56,025 bases of DNA from Candidatus Aenigmatarchaeota archaeon (GTDB lineage: Archaea > EX4484-52), in contig JAGLPV010000006.1 in assembly GCA_023137195.1 (NCBI GenBank), forward strand, positions 1 to 56,025, given 5' to 3'. Position numbers and translations under genes: made by a program. Below the pieces are notes generated by a model. It had not been told where the DNA came from. It searched no databases and worked only from the letters and a program-made list of their open reading frames with translations. Shown here piece after piece: positions 46,701-49,700 of the stretch. The first letter of the stretch is position 1. Each line of letters starts with the position of its first letter.

Positions 46701-49700
46701 TAATGTAGAGATTCCTGCATCTTTTTCATGGGAAAAAAGCACAAATGAGACAACTCTAAACGGTGTTTCAAACCAGAATGCAATGGACACAAGCCTTTCT
46801 GTCACAAACACAGGAAACAATCCAATAGACTTTACCTTTGCGCTTGTAGGGAACGTAACATCTTCAGGCATTATGGAATTGGCAGAAACTTCTCAAACAA
46901 TCCAGCCTCTCGACTCTTATCAAATCCAACTCAATCACACAGCCAATTATGAAAACGCCTATTATGAAGGAACACTCCAGGTAAAAAACACAACCTATTC
47001 AGAAAATATAAAAATCAAGTACCACTCCTACATAGCAGAGTTAAACATCATAAACATCACCCCTAACTACAACATAATCTCCCCGGGCAACATCAACATA
47101 ACAACACAATTCACATTTGGTTCCAATAATATTACAGAGAACACAACTTACACAATAAAAATAAACAACACAAACTGCACCGCCATACAAAACACAACAC
47201 AAGGAGGATATATTGCCCACACCTGCGCAACGCCATCAGTACCGGACGGCAGATACCACGACATAGAAGCTATAGCAGACTACACATGGGAAACAGGCAT
47301 CATAAGAGTCACTCAGACAAATACAAGCGCAGTATATTACAAAGATATAACTGCGCCAACAATAACCCTTGCAAACACATCCGTATCAGATATAGAAATA
47401 ACTACAAACATAACCATAAACTTCACAGCAACAGACAATCTTGCAGTAGATACAAGACAAATAACTCTTTACTATCCAAACTCAACACAATACCAGTCAA
47501 AAACATTAACCTCCGGTTCAACAACAGTGGCGATTCCAACAACAATAGGCACATACACAATAAACTACACAGTAAACGACACAACAGGAAACACAAACTC
47601 CACAGCAACTACTTTCGAAGCATACGAATGGAAAAACTTTTCCGGCTATTTGCTGGATTTAGATGGAGTTGTAGTGCCGACATCTTTTGAGATATCAGAC
47701 AACGGAACAATTCTTCATTCCTTTTCCACAAACACAAGTGGCTATTACAACGCAACAGTAAAAAGAAAGACTTACGATTTAAAGATGAGTTTCCTTGATG
47801 CAAATGTAACAATGGAAGATGTAGATTTCTCCGGTACACCTTCTGATTTCATAGACATCGATACCCCCCTTCTGGGAGATTTTGGTTTCGGGGAAACATT
47901 TACCGTAATAAAAGGATTTGCAATAAATACAAGCATTTCTAATTCCGGTTCCATAACATACACATATACCTCGGAGGATGTCGGAGCCCTTTCAACAGAC
48001 TATCTTGAAATTTACAGGTGCACCAACTGGAATTATGGTGATGTAAGTTGCAACGGCATTCTGGCAGAGATAACAGACACAAAGAACAAGGCGCAAAAAA
48101 AGCTCAATGCTTCCTTTTCTTCATTGACAGCGATTGTTTTAGTCCACAAACCACCCGCAGAACAACCAGAAATGACAATCCCATCCACAAATATGGTTGT
48201 TTATGCAAACCATGGAGAGCAGAAGAACGCAACGCTTACAATTCAGTCCACAGGATCAGTCCAGCTTTCAAACATTATGTTTACCTGTTCAAGCGGTAAC
48301 GTATGCACTCTCTTTTCATTAGCAGGAGACACAATAGTCGGTCTGGATGCAGGCGCCTCTTACGATGCGCCACTGACAATGAACATACCTCAATACACCG
48401 CCCCCGGAGCATACACAGGGCAACTGGTTGTTTCCTCCAACCAGCAGTCAGTATATGCCCAGGAAAAGACAATTGATGTAACCGTTAATGTAGTGGAAAA
48501 CAGCAATTTTTCAATAGACAACACACAAAACAACATCTCGGCAGGAGCAAACGCGCAAGGACAACTTTCAACAATAACAATAACCAACATAGCAAACGCG
48601 CAAAAGACATATTCATTAACCCAAAACTCAACAATTATAAACCCATCCACAAGTTCCTTAATCCTGGCAAAAAACACAAGCGATTCTATATCCTTAAATT
48701 ACACCGCTCCAAACACAACAGGACTCTACACTGCAACACTAAACATAAGCACAAACAGTATATATAATATATTGAACTTCACGATAAACATAACATTCAT
48801 GATAAACACCATCACAATAAACAAGACAACCAACATTTCAGCAGGAGATGTTTTATTGATAAACACATCCATTTACCCGGACACCACCCCCGCATACAGC
48901 GTATTGGTAGACAATCAAACATGCCGGATAATCAATTACACCCAGTACACCATAACATGCATTGCTCCAAATATAACAGCCGCAATGTCGCACAACCTGA
49001 CAGTATCTACAACAGGATTTAACGTCACAGCATATAAGACAAGCGATATTTCCTATATAGACACACTCCCACCTCTCGTAGAGCAAAACATAACTTCCGC
49101 ATTTATAAACTCAACCACAAACATAAACGTGACACTCACAGATCAAAACAATATAACCGGAATAAATGTCTCGATATCTTATCCAAATGGAACATTATTA
49201 AACACAACACAACTACAAATCATCAACAACACAGGAGCAAACTTTAATTTCACAGGAGACCGGAAAGGAGATTACATATTCCTATACAACGCATGCGACA
49301 ATTTAACAAATTGCGGAAACACAAGCTATTACTTTGAAGTATACGAAAACATAAATTTCACGACTAACATCACCACAGACGTTGCTATATATGCAAATTT
49401 CTACAGACCGGAAAAAGAATTTACATCTGGTTCATTGTTAAAATCAATAACAATTGATTCTGACGGCGAATACAACACATCAACCCAGATACACGACAGG
49501 GCATACGATTTAGAAGTATATACTTCCTCAAGCAACAACATCAAAATGGAAAATGTCAACATGACAAGATACAACAACAACTTCATCGAACAAATGACAA
49601 CAGTTTCAGGAAGCCAGATGGGAGCCATACCATACAGCAATTATTCCTCCGTAACACCAATCTCAGGCATCGCAGTAAAAACAAATATAACCACTTCAAG